A stretch of 64,000 bases of DNA from Macrostomum lignano (Eukaryota), in contig NIVC01001533.1 in assembly GCA_002269645.1 (NCBI GenBank), positions 186,001 through 250,000 on the forward strand. Direction: 5' to 3'. Positions 60,900 to 64,000 of this stretch are shown here, one piece after another. Each line of letters begins with the position of its first letter. The stretch's first letter is position 1. Under the pieces are notes generated by a model, which did no database searches, had not been told where the DNA came from, and was given only the letters and a program-made list of their open reading frames with translations. A program made the translations under genes and the position numbers.

Positions 60900-61995
60900 C
60901 TAAAAAATAAATATTTTTTTCAATAAGTATTGGCCACTCTTTGTTATGAGTTAAACATTATATAGCCTTACTAAAGCTAGGGGTATAGGGGTGGCAAGCC
61001 CCCTCCCCCCACTAGCCTTACTAAAGCCAATGATATTTGTAGTGACATTCTCTACCTAAGAAGGCAACAACTAAACTAAATATAGTCCAATAAGCTTCTT
61101 AGTTATTAATATTTAGGCTAAATACATAACAATAAAAACACAATACCCATCATCCCACCTTGAAGACAACAAAAAAGGGGCTTATCCTCAATTTGCTGAA
61201 TCCCAATTTGCCGATTCCTAGCTTGCCGAACCCCAATTTGCCGATACCTGGTTTGCCAAAATTCCCAAGTTGCCAATTCCCAATTTGCCAAAATTCTTGA
61301 TTTGCCAAAATTACTTATTTGCCAAAATTCCTCATTTGCTGAATCCCAATTTGCCAATTTCCTGATTTGCCAAATTTGCCAATTCCTGGTTTGTCAGAAT
61401 TCCTGATTTGCTAAAATTCCTGATTTGCCAAATTTACTATTCTTAACTATTAGTAGAGATAGTATTAGTATTAGTAAGTCACTTTAGAAATAGTAGAGTA
61501 AATGATAACAAGCAAAAATATACAAAAAGTTTGAACAAAGAATGGCCTATCTATTATCTAGCACAGGTCATAGGCATTACCAAAGATTCGACATAATATA
61601 AATTGGCTAAATAGTGAATTCAGGCAAATCAGGAAATTGGCAAGTCAGGATTTGGCAAATGAGGAATTTTGGCAAATTAGGAATTTTGGCAAATTAGGAA
61701 TTTTGGCAAATTAGGAATTTTGGCAAATTAGGAATTTTGGCAAATTAGGAATTGGTGACTTGGGAATTTCAGTGAACCAGGAATTGGCTAATTGGGATTC
61801 AGTGAGCTAGGAATTGGCAAATTGGGGGTTAACCAAAATAGGCTAGTAGGGGGGCTAGCCACATCCTACATCCCTGGCTTTAGTAAGGCTAGTGGGGGGG
61901 ACTTGCTGTCCCAATACCCCTGGCTTTGTAAGGCTATATAATGTTTAACTTATGGCAAAGTGTGGCTGATATGTATTAAAAATTCAAGTAACAAA
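60900..61995. mobile_element. Foldback element: about 110-bp outer inverted arms plus head-to-head TTGCCAAAATTCC arrays
   Basis: 60930-61035 is the reverse complement of 61870-61975; TTGCCAA arrays at 61190-61440 face TTGGCAA arrays at 61615-61830. Confidence 0.8.
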
Positions 61996-62089
61996 TAAAA
62001 AAATGTTTAAAAATTCTTGTTTAAAAATTCTTGTTTAAAATGTTTAAAAATGTTTTAAACATGGCAGCTATGCCTATAAGCTCCAATAT

Positions 62090-62419
62090 CATATATGCCC
62101 AACACCTGTCCAACCCATCCAAACTGGACAGATGAAATGGCTGCCAGCCAAGGTAAGTCTCAAAATTGAAAAAGCAAAGAATGAAAATTTGGGATAGAAA
62201 GAAAGAAAAAAAGAGAAAGGGAAAGAAAAGAAGGAGAAGAGAAAGAAGAAAAGAGAAAAAGACAAGAAAAGTCATATACAAAGTAAAAATTAAGTTGCAA
62301 ACAGGGGAGCTAAGTCACAATCGGGAGGAACTAAGTTGCAATTGCACATAGGTAAGTTGCAAATTTGGACAAAACTAAGTTGCACTGGATGGGTGAAATT
62401 TTGAGGTTGGGCATATATA
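62090..62419. mobile_element. Older hAT MITE related to the CATACATGCGCAAC family
   Basis: TIRs CATATATGCCCAAC / GTTGGGCATATATA; perfect TSD TCCAATAT; TAAGTTGCA motifs correspond to TAAGTCGCA of the younger copies. Confidence 0.8.
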
Positions 62420-63044
62420 TCCAATATTATAGACACAGCCACCAGACCATGTTTCTAAGTATAAATCCATTCAATATTAACAACACAGCCACCCACCATG
62501 TCTCTAAGTGTGAACCCATTCAATATTAATGACACAGCCGCTGTGCAAGCTTCATTGACACAATGGCCATCTATAAGTTTCTGCATTATAGACACAGCCA
62601 CCGTGTCTCTAAGTGTGGTATTTATTTTAACATTTTGATAATCATTAATATTTAAGCCTACATGAACAAACATTAGAAAAACTTGGCTATATTATTATAA
62701 AATCTTTTGTTAAAAAATTGCTGGAATTTGAATTCTTTTTGTTTTTCAAGTCTAAAAATATGATTCAAGTGAATGAATTAATAGTTAAGTATATACTAGC
62801 AGCTAAATTATTTATTATAGTTAATCCCTATTGATATAAGTGGACAAAAAGTGTCCAACTGTCCATCGCAATTTTGGAATTTTGTGGTGTTGCATTGTGG
62901 CTTAAGTCAACGCAGGTAGTGTTGCAGGGCAATGTGGTTTTAGATAAATGGCAAGAGTAACTTTGACTGTCTTATTAAGGCTAAATTAAGGTGAAAGTAG
63001 GCGAAATTTGTGTTTTAGCAGTTGTGAAGTTTAGCTAATGTGAA

Positions 63045-64000
63045 GTTTAGCGCTTGTGAAAGTAGGTGACAAACTCGTAGCTAATGTGAAGTTTAGCGCT
63101 TGTGAAGTTTAGCACTTGTGAAATTTAGCGTTTGTGAAAGTAGGTGGCGAATTTGTAGCTATTATGAAGTTTAGCGCTTGTGAAGTTTAGCACTTGTGAA
63201 ATTTAGCGTTTGTGAAAGTAGGTGGCGAATTTGTAGCTATTATGAAGTTTAGCGCTTGTGAAGTTTAGCACTTGTGAAATTTAGCGTTTGTGAAAGTAGG
63301 TGGCGAATTTGTAGCTATTATGAAGTTTAGCGCTTGTGAAGTTTAGCACTTGTGAAATTTAGCGTTTGTGAAAGTAGGTGGCGAATTTGTAGCTATTATG
63401 AAGTTTAGCGCTTGTGAAGTTTAGCACTTGTGAAATTTAGCGTTTGTGAAAGTAGGTGGCGAATTTGTAGCTATTATGAAGTTTAGCGCTTGTGAAGTTT
63501 AGCACTTGTGAAATTTAGCGTTTGTGAAAGTAGGTGGCGAATTTGTAGCTATTATGAAGTTTAGCGCTTGTGAAGTTTAGCACTTGTGAAATTTAGCGTT
63601 TGTGAAAGTAGGTGGCGAATTTGTAGCTATTATGAAGTTTAGCGCTTGTGAAGTTTAGCACTTGTGAAATTTAGCGTTTGTGAAAGTAGGTGGCGAATTT
63701 GTAGCTATTATGAAGTTTAGCGCTTGTGAAGTTTAGCACTTGTGAAATTTAGCGTTTGTGAAAGTAGGTGGCGAATTTGTAGCTATTATGAAGTTTAGCG
63801 CTTGTGAAGTTTAGCACTTGTGAAATTTAGCGTTTGTGAAAGTAGGTGGCGAATTTGTAGCTATTATGAAGTTTAGCGCTTGTGAAGTTTAGCACTTGTG
63901 AAATTTAGCGTTTGTGAAAGTAGGTGGCGAATTTGTAGCTATTATGAAGTTTAGCGCTTGTGAAGTTTAGCACTTGTGAAATTTAGCGTTTGTGAAAGTA
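63045..64000. repeat. 78-bp higher-order satellite built from about 15-bp TGTGAA(A/G)TTTAGC subunits; runs off the right edge
   Basis: Unit TGAAGTTTAGCGCTTGTGAAGTTTAGCACTTGTGAAATTTAGCGTTTGTGAAAGTAGGTGGCGAATTTGTAGCTATTA, about 11 identical copies. Confidence 0.97.

Overview
Eukaryotic, intron-containing, very repeat-rich animal DNA. GC-rich exons with CAG/polyQ tracts and hAT/RTE/SINE-dense AT-rich spacers suggest a free-living flatworm such as Macrostomum; the taxon is inference only. Gene models I could rebuild by hand from GT-AG junctions: a transglutaminase (minus strand, runs off the left edge, catalytic GQCWVF intact), a 3-exon FABP, a 2-exon KLF10/11-like zinc-finger factor, an intronless TRAPPC1/Bet5 with a polyQ insert, a single-exon class A peptide GPCR, an AQP8-like aquaporin pseudogene, a complete 4-exon cytosolic MDH1 (334 aa, 9-nt first coding exon), and exon 1 of ATAD3. 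The aquaporin is broken by a 403-bp MITE with an 8-bp TSD, a 17-bp tandem duplication and several missense changes. The rest is hAT-type MITEs with 8-bp TSDs, RTE-like LINE 3' fragments, a tRNA-derived CORE-like SINE, a long-TIR mariner derivative, foldback elements, and about 15 micro/mini/satellite arrays. The most unusual signal is an apparent excess of CpA->TpA / TpG->TpA transitions among repeat copies, which resembles RIP. I counted it by eye and it needs a statistical test. No CRISPR array, rRNA or bona fide tRNA gene was found.
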